From IMG/VR virus record IMGVR_UViG_3300018012_000099: a stretch of 64,000 nt of DNA; one strand, written 5' to 3'. Below, piece by piece: positions 18,674-28,592 of the stretch. Origin of the DNA: a virus. Its lineage: Duplodnaviria > Caudoviricetes. Both the position numbers and the translations under genes were made by a program. Within the stretch, counting starts at the first letter, position 1, and the number at the start of each line of letters is the position of its first letter. The notes beneath the pieces are model-generated. The model was not told where the DNA came from. It was given only the letters and a program-made list of their open reading frames with translations, and did not search any database.

Positions 18674-19381
18674 ATGGAAACGAAAATATGTAGAACATGT
18701 AAAATAGAAAAAGAGGTTTCGTTTTTTAGGCAGAGGCATAATAAAAAACGAAACAAAATATACCGCAATAACGAGTGTATTGAGTGTCAAAGATTATATT
18801 GGGAAACCGAAGAATATAAAAATAGTAGAAAAATTTATTATCAAGAAAATAAAATAGAAATAAATAAACAACATCGTGAGTATAATGTTCTACACATAGA
18901 AGAAAAAAAAGAAAGAAGTAAACTTTATTATCAAGATAATAAGGATTCTATAAGAATTGTTCAGAAACAATATATTAAAAGACGAAGAAAAAATGATGTG
19001 TCTTTTAGATTAGGAGCCAGCGTATCTAAATCTATCAATAGAGCCATCAAATTGAATGGTAGTTTGAAATCTGGGAAATCGACATTTAAATATTTACCAT
19101 ATTCCAAAAAAGACCTAAAGGAACATCTTGAAAGACAATTTGAACCGTGGATGACTTGGGATAATTATGGTATTTATGATAGTAATGTTTGGAATGATGA
19201 TGATCCAAATACTTGGACATGGAATATCGATCATGTTATTCCTCATTCAGAATTTAAGTATGCCTCTATGGAAGATAATGAATTCAAACAATGTTGGGCT
19301 TTATCTAATCTTCGTCCGTTATCTGCTAAACAGAATTGGTTAGAAGGAATAAATAGATCTAGACATAAAGGTGATAGGTAA
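18674..19381 (+). CDS. Free-standing HNH-type endonuclease, family copy 2
   Basis: N-terminal CRTC...CIEC; HLERQFEPWMTWDNYG...IDHVIP...CWALSNLRPLSAKQN. Confidence 0.8.
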   Translation: METKICRTCKIEKEVSFFRQRHNKKRNKIYRNNECIECQRLYWETEEYKNSRKIYYQENKIEINKQHREYNVLHIEEKKERSKLYYQDNKDSIRIVQKQYIKRRRKNDVSFRLGASVSKSINRAIKLNGSLKSGKSTFKYLPYSKKDLKEHLERQFEPWMTWDNYGIYDSNVWNDDDPNTWTWNIDHVIPHSEFKYASMEDNEFKQCWALSNLRPLSAKQNWLEGINRSRHKGDR

Positions 19382-20380
19382 ATGTCTCAAGTTATTAGTA
19401 TTACAATTACAGCTTCTTCCGAACAAGTAGTATCCGGCATTCCCAAAACAGTGTCTATTAGTACCAATGTACCCGCTACTATTTTTTATACTTTAGATGG
19501 GACTGTACCTACATTATTCTCATCTATGTATGTTGGACCGATTTTTTTGCCATATGCACAATTTATTGTGACTCTTAATGTTATGGCAACTAATGGTACT
19601 GATTTTTCTCCTACCGTAACAGAGGTTTATCAAACCGATATGGTGGATGGTAACGTACGCTTGCCTCATTCGGGTACAGATGCCCAACCAGGCGGTTTGT
19701 TTCCTAATGCTTATCCATTTGGTAATCCGCCATTTCAACCTAAACAAGAATTTACTAATCCAGCCACTCAGGGTGTAACGGTTTACGATCCTACTCTACC
19801 AGCCACGCCAACCGGTTTTAATGCGGATGGTTATCCAACTGGTTTTACCAATCAACCTTGGAACATAGAAAATTATCAGATTCCGTACTCTACCACTAAT
19901 GCTGAAGGACAAATGGGTCCAGGTATTGGGACGCTACCAGCTAATGTCTCCTACAACCCAAATTATGATCCAGCTTATGATGGTGAAGAAACCGAACAGT
20001 TTACTTCTACTTTTAATCCTAAAGCTTTAGTTATTTTTCAAGATTTCAGCAAAGAAAATCCTGATGACCCTCCGCAAATAAATCGTGCTAACTTTACTTT
20101 GGAAAATACAGAGCGAGCCCGCGATGGTACATATTACTTTAACAGTGGTCCCGATGGTGCCCCGCCCCCAAGTGGCACTTTTATTACCGCCAAGTACAAT
20201 CCAAGAACTAATGAAATAACACATTACTATCGTGACTCTTGGTCAGGACAATGGATAATTAGCACGGCGCCATTTGTACCAAATGGTGGTGCATATGATG
20301 GTAATTTGGCCCAGATGCCGATTGCTTGGCAGGGACGCGTTTTTGAATGGATCCCCTTCCAGCGTAGGGTGTTATTTTAA
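19382..20380 (+). CDS. Protein with N-terminal Fn3-associated/CHB_HEX_C-like domain, possibly virion-associated
   Basis: ATIFYTLDGTVP...YVGPI motif; Pro/Gly/Thr-rich remainder. Confidence 0.65.
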   Translation: MSQVISITITASSEQVVSGIPKTVSISTNVPATIFYTLDGTVPTLFSSMYVGPIFLPYAQFIVTLNVMATNGTDFSPTVTEVYQTDMVDGNVRLPHSGTDAQPGGLFPNAYPFGNPPFQPKQEFTNPATQGVTVYDPTLPATPTGFNADGYPTGFTNQPWNIENYQIPYSTTNAEGQMGPGIGTLPANVSYNPNYDPAYDGEETEQFTSTFNPKALVIFQDFSKENPDDPPQINRANFTLENTERARDGTYYFNSGPDGAPPPSGTFITAKYNPRTNEITHYYRDSWSGQWIISTAPFVPNGGAYDGNLAQMPIAWQGRVFEWIPFQRRVLF

Positions 20381-20384
20381 GAAA

Positions 20385-20696
20385 ATGATTATTAAATTTA
20401 GTTCTAAGATTGAATTAAATGGTTGGCATCAAAATAGTTCTTATATGGACCCAATTTATGTCAGAAAACTGATACCATATGAAGATTATGATGAAGTAAT
20501 AGTAATATCAGTTAGACGCCATATAGCATCTATTGATAAATGTTATGCTAATTTCTATTCACCATTATCATTTTTACATAATTATTTCCCGCCCAATTTG
20601 AAAGAGCCTTTTTATATTGAGGGCAATCTAGATTTTGCTAAAAATTATGTTGATAATTTTTTGATTAGGATGAGTGGGCTCAGAGCTTTTCTCTGA
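20385..20696 (+). CDS. Hypothetical protein
   Basis: AT-rich ORF; start placed at ATG 20385. Confidence 0.45.
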   Translation: MIIKFSSKIELNGWHQNSSYMDPIYVRKLIPYEDYDEVIVISVRRHIASIDKCYANFYSPLSFLHNYFPPNLKEPFYIEGNLDFAKNYVDNFLIRMSGLRAFL

Positions 20697-20718
20697 TTAT
20701 AGTGATATATACGAAAGT

Positions 20719-21432
20719 ATGACTGTGCCATCACCCGTATGTAAATTGTGTGGAGAGACCGATGTTTCTCAATTTCGCCAACGAACGATCAGTGGGAAAA
20801 TGTATTATGTGAAATATTGTCGAGCATGTGAGGCAAAATTATCCAGAGAATATCATGCCGCCCACAAAGAAGAGCGCGCGCAATATCAAAAGAAATACAT
20901 AGCCGAAAACAAAGATATAGTCAGAGAGAAGAAAAAAGAATACGACAAAAACCACTATCCCCTTATTAAGGAAGATAAGGCTCTTTATGATAAAGAATAT
21001 GCTAAAAACAATAGAGATGTAATAAATAATAATAGAAAGAACAGAAGGAAAAATGATCCAACTTATAAATTGAGTCATTATATTTCCGGTAGAATACGAA
21101 AAATATTAGGCAAGTTTGGACACAAAAAGAAAGGTTCTTGTATTAATCATTTAGATTATTCTTTTCAGGAATTAAAAGAACATATCGAACAACAATTTGA
21201 ATCTTGGATGAATTGGGATAATCAGGGCGTATACGATCCAGAAACCTGGGATGATAATGATCCTTCCACTTGGAAATGGCAATTGGATCATATAATTCCA
21301 GTTTCTACTTTTAATTATACTTCTATGGAAGATGAAGAATTTAAAAAATGTTGGGCGCTCACCAATTTGAGACCCCTATCTGCAAAGCAAAACCATTTAG
21401 ATGGTGTGAAAAGAATTAGACATGGTAAATGA
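20719..21432 (+). CDS. Free-standing HNH-type endonuclease, family copy 3
   Basis: CKLC...CRAC; QFESWMNWDNQG...WQLDHIIP...CWALTNLRPLSAKQN; start placed at ATG 20719. Confidence 0.8.
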   Translation: MTVPSPVCKLCGETDVSQFRQRTISGKMYYVKYCRACEAKLSREYHAAHKEERAQYQKKYIAENKDIVREKKKEYDKNHYPLIKEDKALYDKEYAKNNRDVINNNRKNRRKNDPTYKLSHYISGRIRKILGKFGHKKKGSCINHLDYSFQELKEHIEQQFESWMNWDNQGVYDPETWDDNDPSTWKWQLDHIIPVSTFNYTSMEDEEFKKCWALTNLRPLSAKQNHLDGVKRIRHGK

Positions 21433-22216
21433 TCAGTTAGATTTCAGATTAAGTGTTTCCAAAGTCAAGACATTTAATCAATGTAAGAAACAATATGAGT
21501 TCAATTATATTGTTAAACTACCAAAGAAAGATCGTGATTACCATATTTTTGGTAAGTTCTGCCATCGCGTGCTGGAAGTGTTTCATAACTATTATTTAGA
21601 AGGTTGCTTGTTACCTTACAACATGTCCATGACTGACGCTTTCAAGGTAGCTTGGGCAGAATTTAAAGACAAGATGACTCCCGAAATGAAGAAGGAGTGC
21701 TGGCAATTAGTGGATAAATATTTGCGCATCGTCAGTAAGAATAAGGCAAACAATTTGCCTGCCAACGTCATCGCTTGCGAAAAAAGATTTGAGCTACCCC
21801 TGACGGAAAATATTATTTTAAATGGAGCAATTGACAGAATTCAGTTGGATGCCGATAATGTAGTGCACGTTTGTGATTATAAGACGATCAAAAACAAAAA
21901 ATACCTAAAAGACGACTGGTTCCAATTAATAACATATGCTTTTGTTATAGTCAACGAAGATCCGTCGATCGAGAAGGTGCGCGGTTCGTATATTCTTCTC
22001 CGACATGATTTTGAATATATTACTAAAGAATTTACTAAAAAGGAAATTCTCAAAGTCAAGAATCAGTATGAAAAATATGCAGAACAGATTTTAGCAGAAA
22101 AGAATTTTGAGCCAAGTCCGTCAGCTTTGTGCAATTTTTGTGATTTCTTAGATCACTGCCCGGCGGGCAAGAGTAAAGCATTTGGTCAAAGTATTTATGG
22201 TGAAGTAAGCTGGTAA
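21422..22216 (+). CDS. Cas4/AddB-like PD-(D/E)XK exonuclease with four-Cys Fe-S staple
   Basis: LSVSK...QC; GAIDRI...DYKT...QLITY; C-terminal CNFCDFLDHC. Confidence 0.85.
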   Translation: MVNDQLDFRLSVSKVKTFNQCKKQYEFNYIVKLPKKDRDYHIFGKFCHRVLEVFHNYYLEGCLLPYNMSMTDAFKVAWAEFKDKMTPEMKKECWQLVDKYLRIVSKNKANNLPANVIACEKRFELPLTENIILNGAIDRIQLDADNVVHVCDYKTIKNKKYLKDDWFQLITYAFVIVNEDPSIEKVRGSYILLRHDFEYITKEFTKKEILKVKNQYEKYAEQILAEKNFEPSPSALCNFCDFLDHCPAGKSKAFGQSIYGEVSW

Positions 22217-22239
22217 GAGGGAATAATTAAGAGGGAATA

Positions 22240-22452
22240 ATGGATTACGAAGAAGTTAAATTTCTTATTATAAACGGGCTTACTATTGAAATAGGCGACA
22301 AATTAGCTTGTTCATGCAAATATGAAGTAATTCGTTTGTATCCAGTTTGGCATATTGAAACCAAACAACATCTGCCAGAGCACCCCAATAATCACTTTAT
22401 GTATCAGCAAATAATTGATGTAAATTGTCCTGTTCATAATTTAAGGAAATAA
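22240..22452 (+). CDS. Hypothetical small protein
   Basis: 70 aa; RBS-like GAGGG upstream. Confidence 0.5.
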   Translation: MDYEEVKFLIINGLTIEIGDKLACSCKYEVIRLYPVWHIETKQHLPEHPNNHFMYQQIIDVNCPVHNLRK

Positions 22453-22453
22453 A

Positions 22454-23701
22454 ATGGAAATCGAACTAAAAGAATTAGAACCGTGTAAATTGTCTGTCCA
22501 TGTTAAAGCAAATTTTCTGGAAATCTCGGACAAAAGAGTAGAAGTAGAAGGGGCTTTCAAAAAAGCGCCCGTTCCTGGTTTTCGTCCTGGTAAAGCATCG
22601 GCTGATGCCATTAGAATACACTATCGTCAGCAAATTGAAGATTCTTTGAAAAGAGCTTTGGCAGAAGATGCCTATCACAATGCTATTTTTGAAAAGAAGC
22701 TGCGCCCCCATGGTGCTCCCAAGTTCAATAGTTTTCTATTGGATGGCGGTTCTTTTACCTGTGAGTTTGAGTTATTTACCAAACCAGATTTTGAGATTTC
22801 TCCGTATCAAAATATGGAAATACCCAAGCCCGTTGAAGCGGAAAATGCTACCGAGGTAGCGGAGAAAATGCTACAAGAATTGCGCGTACGTTTGGGCGAT
22901 GTAGCGCCATATGCCGATACTGATTTCGTACAACAGGGTGACAATGTTATTTTGGATTATGAAGGATCTATTGATGGTGCCGCGGTACCGGGTTTGATGG
23001 GAACCGGAGAAATGATTACTATCGGCAATAATTTCATTCCAGATTTCGATTCTAACCTACTAGGTATGACCACGGGAGAAACCCGTGAGTTTGATATTCA
23101 TGCTCCAACGGAAAGCCTACCTTCTATCGCTGGTAAAACAGTACATTTTAAGGTAACTTTGACTACTGGTGCTAAGACTACGCCCTGCCCATTAAACGAT
23201 GAGTTGGCTACTAGGATGGGTAAAAAAGACTTTAATGAACTACGCGAGCATGTGCAGGCGGCTGCGACTGGACGTGTCGCTAACAATTTTAAGATGGCTT
23301 TGCATGATACCGTAGCTAAACGTTTGGTGGCTGACAATACTATCAATGTCCCTAATTGGATGGCTCTTTCTGAAGCGCGCTATCTGGCTCATCAATCTCA
23401 ACTAAATTGGGATGTGATGGTGGATACTGATAAAGAAAAGTTTTTAGAGATGGCTACTAAGAATGTCAAATTATCTTTAGTTCTAGATAAAATTAGAGAG
23501 CTAGAAATAGAATCGCAATTGAGCGATCAAGAAGTATTTGAAATCATCAAAGAAAATTTGGCTAGAACCAAAGTACAGAAGCCTTTGGATGAAGTCATTC
23601 AAGAAATGAATAGAACAGGGTATCTGCAGATTTTGTTCTCTCGTATTAGAGATGAGCACACCATGAATTACGTCACTAAATTAATTAAGGTTATTGAATA
23701 A
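22454..23701 (+). CDS. tig: Trigger factor
   Basis: VPGFRPGK ribosome-binding motif, FKBP-like domain (GDNVILDYEGSIDG...FIPDF..NLLGM..GETREF), helical C-domain. Confidence 0.9.
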   Translation: MEIELKELEPCKLSVHVKANFLEISDKRVEVEGAFKKAPVPGFRPGKASADAIRIHYRQQIEDSLKRALAEDAYHNAIFEKKLRPHGAPKFNSFLLDGGSFTCEFELFTKPDFEISPYQNMEIPKPVEAENATEVAEKMLQELRVRLGDVAPYADTDFVQQGDNVILDYEGSIDGAAVPGLMGTGEMITIGNNFIPDFDSNLLGMTTGETREFDIHAPTESLPSIAGKTVHFKVTLTTGAKTTPCPLNDELATRMGKKDFNELREHVQAAATGRVANNFKMALHDTVAKRLVADNTINVPNWMALSEARYLAHQSQLNWDVMVDTDKEKFLEMATKNVKLSLVLDKIRELEIESQLSDQEVFEIIKENLARTKVQKPLDEVIQEMNRTGYLQILFSRIRDEHTMNYVTKLIKVIE

Positions 23702-23714
23702 CAGGAGTAATAAG

Positions 23715-24029
23715 ATGGCTACCGTACAAGCAAGCGTGACTGGTTTAGCAAAGAAATGGGATGACATCATTAAGAAGATGCCAGAGTTCAAAGACGTGGC
23801 AGATGCTGCCAGTGTAGATGAATTGAAAAAGATTATCGTGGAATGTGAAGGTAACATTTACACGGTAGAGAAGGAGATGGAAGCCGATATGAAGTTAGCT
23901 GGCTATAAAGAGGCTGTCAAAGAGGCGTCTGCCCCTTATCGCGACGGTAAGAAAGCTCAACAAGCCAAGATCCAATATGCGCTCTTTCTTCTAGAAGGTA
24001 AGGGAGTGGATCTCAATAACAAGGATTAA
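23715..24029 (+). CDS. Hypothetical coiled-coil protein
   Basis: AGGAG RBS before ATG 23715. Confidence 0.65.
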   Translation: MATVQASVTGLAKKWDDIIKKMPEFKDVADAASVDELKKIIVECEGNIYTVEKEMEADMKLAGYKEAVKEASAPYRDGKKAQQAKIQYALFLLEGKGVDLNNKD

Positions 24030-24030
24030 A

Positions 24031-24309
24031 ATGAAAGTTGAGAGAATTATTGTTCAAGCATGTTGTGGTAAGACCGGGATCGTTCTCAAAATCGACCGTT
24101 CTATTACCACAGAATTCCTCAAAGCCCTTATAGAGAAAGGTTTTACGGAAGCCCCCAACTTTACCAAGGCAGGTTTGCTGTATGTGGATAATCTGGACTT
24201 GATAGTAACGGGGTCGCTTGGGACAGATAGGCTCCACGTTAAGTGCAAGTATAAAGATTGCGATAAAAAACTTAATGAATTGGAGGGGTTACTCCTCCAA
24301 ATGGAGTAA
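24031..24309 (+). CDS. Hypothetical protein
   Basis: 92 aa; translationally coupled. Confidence 0.6.
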   Translation: MKVERIIVQACCGKTGIVLKIDRSITTEFLKALIEKGFTEAPNFTKAGLLYVDNLDLIVTGSLGTDRLHVKCKYKDCDKKLNELEGLLLQME

Positions 24310-24310
24310 T

Positions 24311-24916
24311 ATGGCAAAGGGTGCTTCTATCAATGAAGTAAGAAAGAAAGTCACCAAAACCTATGAATTGATTAGTACAAGCTATCACGAAGCTGGTCAT
24401 ACTATATTTGCCTTATTTCATCGTATGAAGGTGAATTCTGTTTATGTTTTTGAACATAAGATATTAAAAAGAATTCACGGATTTACCCAATACGAATGTG
24501 GTAATTCGGAAGAAAATACTAATATTACCGCGCTATTAGAGCAAGAAATTGGTTTAAGTTATGCCGGTTTACTTGCTGAAAAGCATCATTTCAAGAGTAT
24601 TTCTGGTTCTGACCAGGTACCAATGTTTATTAAAGAAGGTTCTTCCGACGATTTACTGGCTATCAGACAAATTATACAAAAGTATAATCCAGTTCCTGCC
24701 GGCAAGGAGCGCAATGCTTACAAGAAGAAGATAGCAAGAAAATCACTGACTATGCTAATAGAACACTGGGAAGCCATAGATTTAGTTGCCCATAGCTTGT
24801 TTAAGCATAAAAGATTGTCTTATCAGGATTTGAAGGTATTACTGACCACTAAGTCCCGCAATAGGAAGTTCTGGAAAGAGACATTCAAAGAAATTGACCA
24901 AATTTTTCCTGAATGA
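24311..24916 (+). CDS. Stand-alone peptidase M41 (FtsH protease domain)-like zinc metallopeptidase
   Basis: SYHEAGH HExxH, LSYAGLLAE, GSSDDL; start placed at ATG 24311. Confidence 0.75.
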   Translation: MAKGASINEVRKKVTKTYELISTSYHEAGHTIFALFHRMKVNSVYVFEHKILKRIHGFTQYECGNSEENTNITALLEQEIGLSYAGLLAEKHHFKSISGSDQVPMFIKEGSSDDLLAIRQIIQKYNPVPAGKERNAYKKKIARKSLTMLIEHWEAIDLVAHSLFKHKRLSYQDLKVLLTTKSRNRKFWKETFKEIDQIFPE

Positions 24917-24923
24917 TCTCTCC

Positions 24924-24951
24924 TTGACAAAAAAGATATAGAATTTAAATT
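24924..24951 (+). promoter_or_regulatory. Possible sigma70-like promoter for dnaE
   Basis: Perfect TTGACA, then a weak -10 (TAAATT) at 16-nt spacing. Confidence 0.4.
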
Positions 24952-24964
24952 GTCCATTTTAACC

Positions 24965-25045
24965 GTATTCCCTGGCACCGCATGCGCAGTCTATCTTTAG
25001 ACTGAACAGCTCCAAGAGTGAGTCGATATGCATTTGTCATAATAC
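24965..25045 (+). ncRNA. Candidate structured 5' leader of dnaE
   Basis: Nested pairings GTATT/AATAC, TGGCA/TGTCA and GCATG/TATGC enclose a perfect CAGTCTA-TCTT-TAGACTG hairpin. Confidence 0.35.
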
Positions 25046-25064
25046 ACAACCAAACAGGTATAAG

Positions 25065-28000
25065 ATGACCGATTTTGTAAGTCTTCATAATCAGACCGAT
25101 TTTTCTATTCTTGACTCTCTTATTTCGTCAAAGGAACTATTCAAGAGAGCAAAAGAGCTTGGACAGACAGCAGTAGCTGTCACCGATCACGGAACCCTAG
25201 CGGGCGCTTGGGATTCCTGGAAGGCGTCCAAAGACACGGGCGTCAAATTAATTATCGGATGCGAATTCTACTTTACCAACGATACTACCAGCGTAGATGA
25301 AAAGCTGCGACACGTCGTTCTCTTGGCGAAGAATGCGGTGGGTTATCGCAACCTACTAACGCTCAATAAGAAGGGCTTCGACATCAACTTCTTTATTGGC
25401 AAACGTGTGTATTCCGTTATCGACTGGAAGATGTTAGAGCAGCATTCCGAAGGGTTAATCTGCCTGACGGCTTGCGGTAACGGTGTGGCGAGCCAATTGC
25501 TGATGAACCATAAGATGGATGAAGCGGAGAGCGCTCTATTGCGACTCAAGCAAATCTTCGGAGACAATTTAGGTATCGAAGTTCAGCCCAACAATATGAG
25601 GCGTGGCTCCAATATCTACAATGATGAAATTGATCAAACCTTTCTCAACCGACAACTTATCAATCTGGGTAAGAAGCACAATATTCGTGTGGTGGCAGCT
25701 TGCAACGCACATTACGTCAAGAAAGAAGACTCTGAAACTCATGATGTTTTTTTAGCTATTGGTGCTCACCAACCCATCTATTCTAACTTTCGTCTCAAGT
25801 ATTCGGTGCCCGATTTTTATCTCAAAACGGGCGATGAAGTCAAGACTTTTTTTACCAGGAACTACGGCGAGGAAACGGCACAGCAATTGTGCGACAACAC
25901 CACCTATTTCGCCAATTTGTGTGAGAAGCCAGAGTGGATTGACCCTAAGTTCTCCAATCCGACCGGTAAAGAGTTACCCGTCTTCCCGGTCAAGCAAGAG
26001 GCTGACTACACAAAGTTTAAGGAGTGGGTGGCGCGCCAACCATCAGACATTCAAAAGCTAGAAGAAGACAAACTCTTTTTGCGTTATCGTTGCGTAGTAT
26101 TGTTCGACTCAAGAGTCAAGAACTTATCTGAAGAGCAGAGAAAGCAGTACGACGATCGTATCGTTGAGGAGTTGGATGTTCTAGAGTTCCATGGCTTCTC
26201 CAGTTACATGCTCATCGTAGCAGACTTTATTGATTGGGCTCGTCAGCACGAGATCGCGGTGGGAGAGGGTCGTGGCTCGGTTGGTGGATCCCTTATCGCC
26301 TTCTTGCTGGGAATCCATCAAGCCGATCCCATCAAGTACAACCTTATTTTTGCTCGTTTTCACAATAAGGAAAAGAGCTCCTTTCCAGATATCGATACCG
26401 ATTTTGCGCCTTCTGGTCGTGAACGTGTACAGAACTATCTCCGACAAAAATACGGGGATGATCACGTAGCACACGTATCTAACGTCAATACCATCACGCC
26501 CAAGGTGTATGTCCGAGATATTGCCCGTTCTTGCGAACTGGGAGGCTCTAAGGACGAAGCCATCAGGATTGGCAATGACGTAGCTGATTGTATCCCAGGA
26601 GAAATTCATAACATCGATGACGCCTTGACCAAGGTGCCGTTATTCGCTGAGTATTGCAAGAAGTACCCAGAATTCATCAAATACAAGGATATCTGCGGTA
26701 AATACCGTGCCTGGTCTACTCATGCCGGTGGTATCATTATCTCAGCTCGTCCCCTAACTGGTTTGGTCCCGCTCCGCAAAGATAAGGATGGAGCCTTAGC
26801 TATCGAGTACGATAAGGATAAGGCAGAAGAAAATGGTTTGGTCAAGATGGATACCTTAGGACTATCCACTTTAGATATCATCGGTCAGGCTATGCAACTG
26901 ATCAAGGCGTCGGGTAAAGAAATGCCGCCTGCGGTATTGGACTACGAAGAGTATGATGAGCCGACCTACAACACTATTTCTGGTGGCGATACCTTCTGTG
27001 TCTTTCAGCTCGGAACTAGCGGCGGCACTATCGATTTGTGTCGTCGCATTAAGCCTAGGTCGGTCAACGATATCAGCTATATCAACTCGCTCGCACGTCC
27101 GTCTGCGCGTGACATGCGTAACGACTTCATTCTAACTAAGGATGGTAAGAAGCCGTTCTCTTTATTGCATCCAACGTTGGGACGAGCTTTCAATAATACC
27201 TTCGGCTTCGGTCTATATGAAGAAAGCTTGATGTATTTAGCGCAGGACGTCGCCGGCTGGTCATTGCACTCTGCCGATCGTCTCCGTAAGCTGACTAAGG
27301 AGAAGGGCAAGAACCCCAAGAAGGCGCAAGAGTGGAGGGCAGAGTTCATCCGTGATGCCGTCAAGAACACGGTGCCGGAAGCTATTGCTCAGCGCATTTG
27401 GGATGAAGTGGTAGATAAGTTCCAAGGCTACGGTTTTAACATGTCCCACTCGGTCTTGTATTCTATGACTAGCTACAAGACCGCCTATCTCAAAGCTCAC
27501 TATCCAGTGGAGTTTTTGCTCGCGAACCTTATGGCTGAAGTCAAGTCCAATGCCCCAGATGCTAAGGGCAACCTAGAAAAAATCAAAAAGGAACTGCGCA
27601 AGCACAAGGTCAAGATTTTTCCGCCTGATGTTAACAAATCCAAGCTAGCCTACACTATTGAAGATGAGAATAAGCTGATTACCGGCTTGGACGCCATCAA
27701 GTTCGTGGGTGAAGATGCCATCAAAGACATCATCGAGAAGAGACCTTTCAAGGACTTCTTTGATTTTATGGTGCGTGTTAGCTCTAAAGCAGTACGAGCT
27801 AATAGCATTCAAGCTCTTGCCGCTTGTGGTGCTTTGGACTCTTTCAAGATTCCTCGTAAACTGATGTTTTTGTATTGCTCAGACTATCGTAAGAAGCTTC
27901 AAGTGTGGCTCAAGAAGCACGATCCCTCTGTAGACACTTTTATTTATCCATGGCCTAAGGATGAGGAATGGAGTATACAGGAAATCTACGCTTTGGAACA

Positions 28001-28592
28001 ATATTACTTGCAAGAGGCTTTTATCTGCAAACCGGCTCTCGCCTATAATGACTTCTTTAAGGATGAACATAAAACTGTAGCAGATATTAGAAAAGCTAAG
28101 GATAAGACTAATATTGGTTCTTTCAAGGGAATAGTGCGCGATTACTTTGAATTTAGGGTTAAGAAAGAAACTAGTAAATATTATGGACAACCAATGATTA
28201 AAGCTGCTTTGGAAGATAAGTTTGGTGACCAAGTAACTTGTACTATTTTCCCTGATAGGTGGCAAACAGTTCAAGATCGAATCAAGCAGATTAACAAGAA
28301 AGCGGAGTTTGGTATAGGTATTGCATTACACTTCTCAGGTAATACCAATAACTATGAGGACGACATGGGTATCATATTAGATACTTTATTCAATATCGCG
28401 GTTCCTCCCAGTATTCCAGCCGATCTTAAAGCTAAAAAAATTAACCTTAAAGAGGCTAAAGCTAAAATGACAGAGGTGCCCCCAAAGGATAGTAAGTGGG
28501 AAAAGACCAATGATCCCCAGGATTTATTTGAAGAAATTGAAGACGATCTTTATGATCGAGGATTAATAGATCTTGACAGTGAAGAAGATTAA
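25065..28592 (+). CDS. dnaE: DNA polymerase III alpha subunit (family C)
   Basis: PHP domain (AVTDHG, GCEFY), GRGSVGGSL, FPDIDTDF, HAGG, GYGFNMSH, HhH, OB fold; no intein seen. Confidence 0.97.
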   Translation: MTDFVSLHNQTDFSILDSLISSKELFKRAKELGQTAVAVTDHGTLAGAWDSWKASKDTGVKLIIGCEFYFTNDTTSVDEKLRHVVLLAKNAVGYRNLLTLNKKGFDINFFIGKRVYSVIDWKMLEQHSEGLICLTACGNGVASQLLMNHKMDEAESALLRLKQIFGDNLGIEVQPNNMRRGSNIYNDEIDQTFLNRQLINLGKKHNIRVVAACNAHYVKKEDSETHDVFLAIGAHQPIYSNFRLKYSVPDFYLKTGDEVKTFFTRNYGEETAQQLCDNTTYFANLCEKPEWIDPKFSNPTGKELPVFPVKQEADYTKFKEWVARQPSDIQKLEEDKLFLRYRCVVLFDSRVKNLSEEQRKQYDDRIVEELDVLEFHGFSSYMLIVADFIDWARQHEIAVGEGRGSVGGSLIAFLLGIHQADPIKYNLIFARFHNKEKSSFPDIDTDFAPSGRERVQNYLRQKYGDDHVAHVSNVNTITPKVYVRDIARSCELGGSKDEAIRIGNDVADCIPGEIHNIDDALTKVPLFAEYCKKYPEFIKYKDICGKYRAWSTHAGGIIISARPLTGLVPLRKDKDGALAIEYDKDKAEENGLVKMDTLGLSTLDIIGQAMQLIKASGKEMPPAVLDYEEYDEPTYNTISGGDTFCVFQLGTSGGTIDLCRRIKPRSVNDISYINSLARPSARDMRNDFILTKDGKKPFSLLHPTLGRAFNNTFGFGLYEESLMYLAQDVAGWSLHSADRLRKLTKEKGKNPKKAQEWRAEFIRDAVKNTVPEAIAQRIWDEVVDKFQGYGFNMSHSVLYSMTSYKTAYLKAHYPVEFLLANLMAEVKSNAPDAKGNLEKIKKELRKHKVKIFPPDVNKSKLAYTIEDENKLITGLDAIKFVGEDAIKDIIEKRPFKDFFDFMVRVSSKAVRANSIQALAACGALDSFKIPRKLMFLYCSDYRKKLQVWLKKHDPSVDTFIYPWPKDEEWSIQEIYALEQYYLQEAFICKPALAYNDFFKDEHKTVADIRKAKDKTNIGSFKGIVRDYFEFRVKKETSKYYGQPMIKAALEDKFGDQVTCTIFPDRWQTVQDRIKQINKKAEFGIGIALHFSGNTNNYEDDMGIILDTLFNIAVPPSIPADLKAKKINLKEAKAKMTEVPPKDSKWEKTNDPQDLFEEIEDDLYDRGLIDLDSEED

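Noticed and set aside
21422-22216. Cas4-like gene as a sign of a CRISPR-Cas locus
   Set aside because: No repeat-spacer array and no other cas genes in the window; stand-alone Cas4/AddB-like exonucleases are common in phage replication modules
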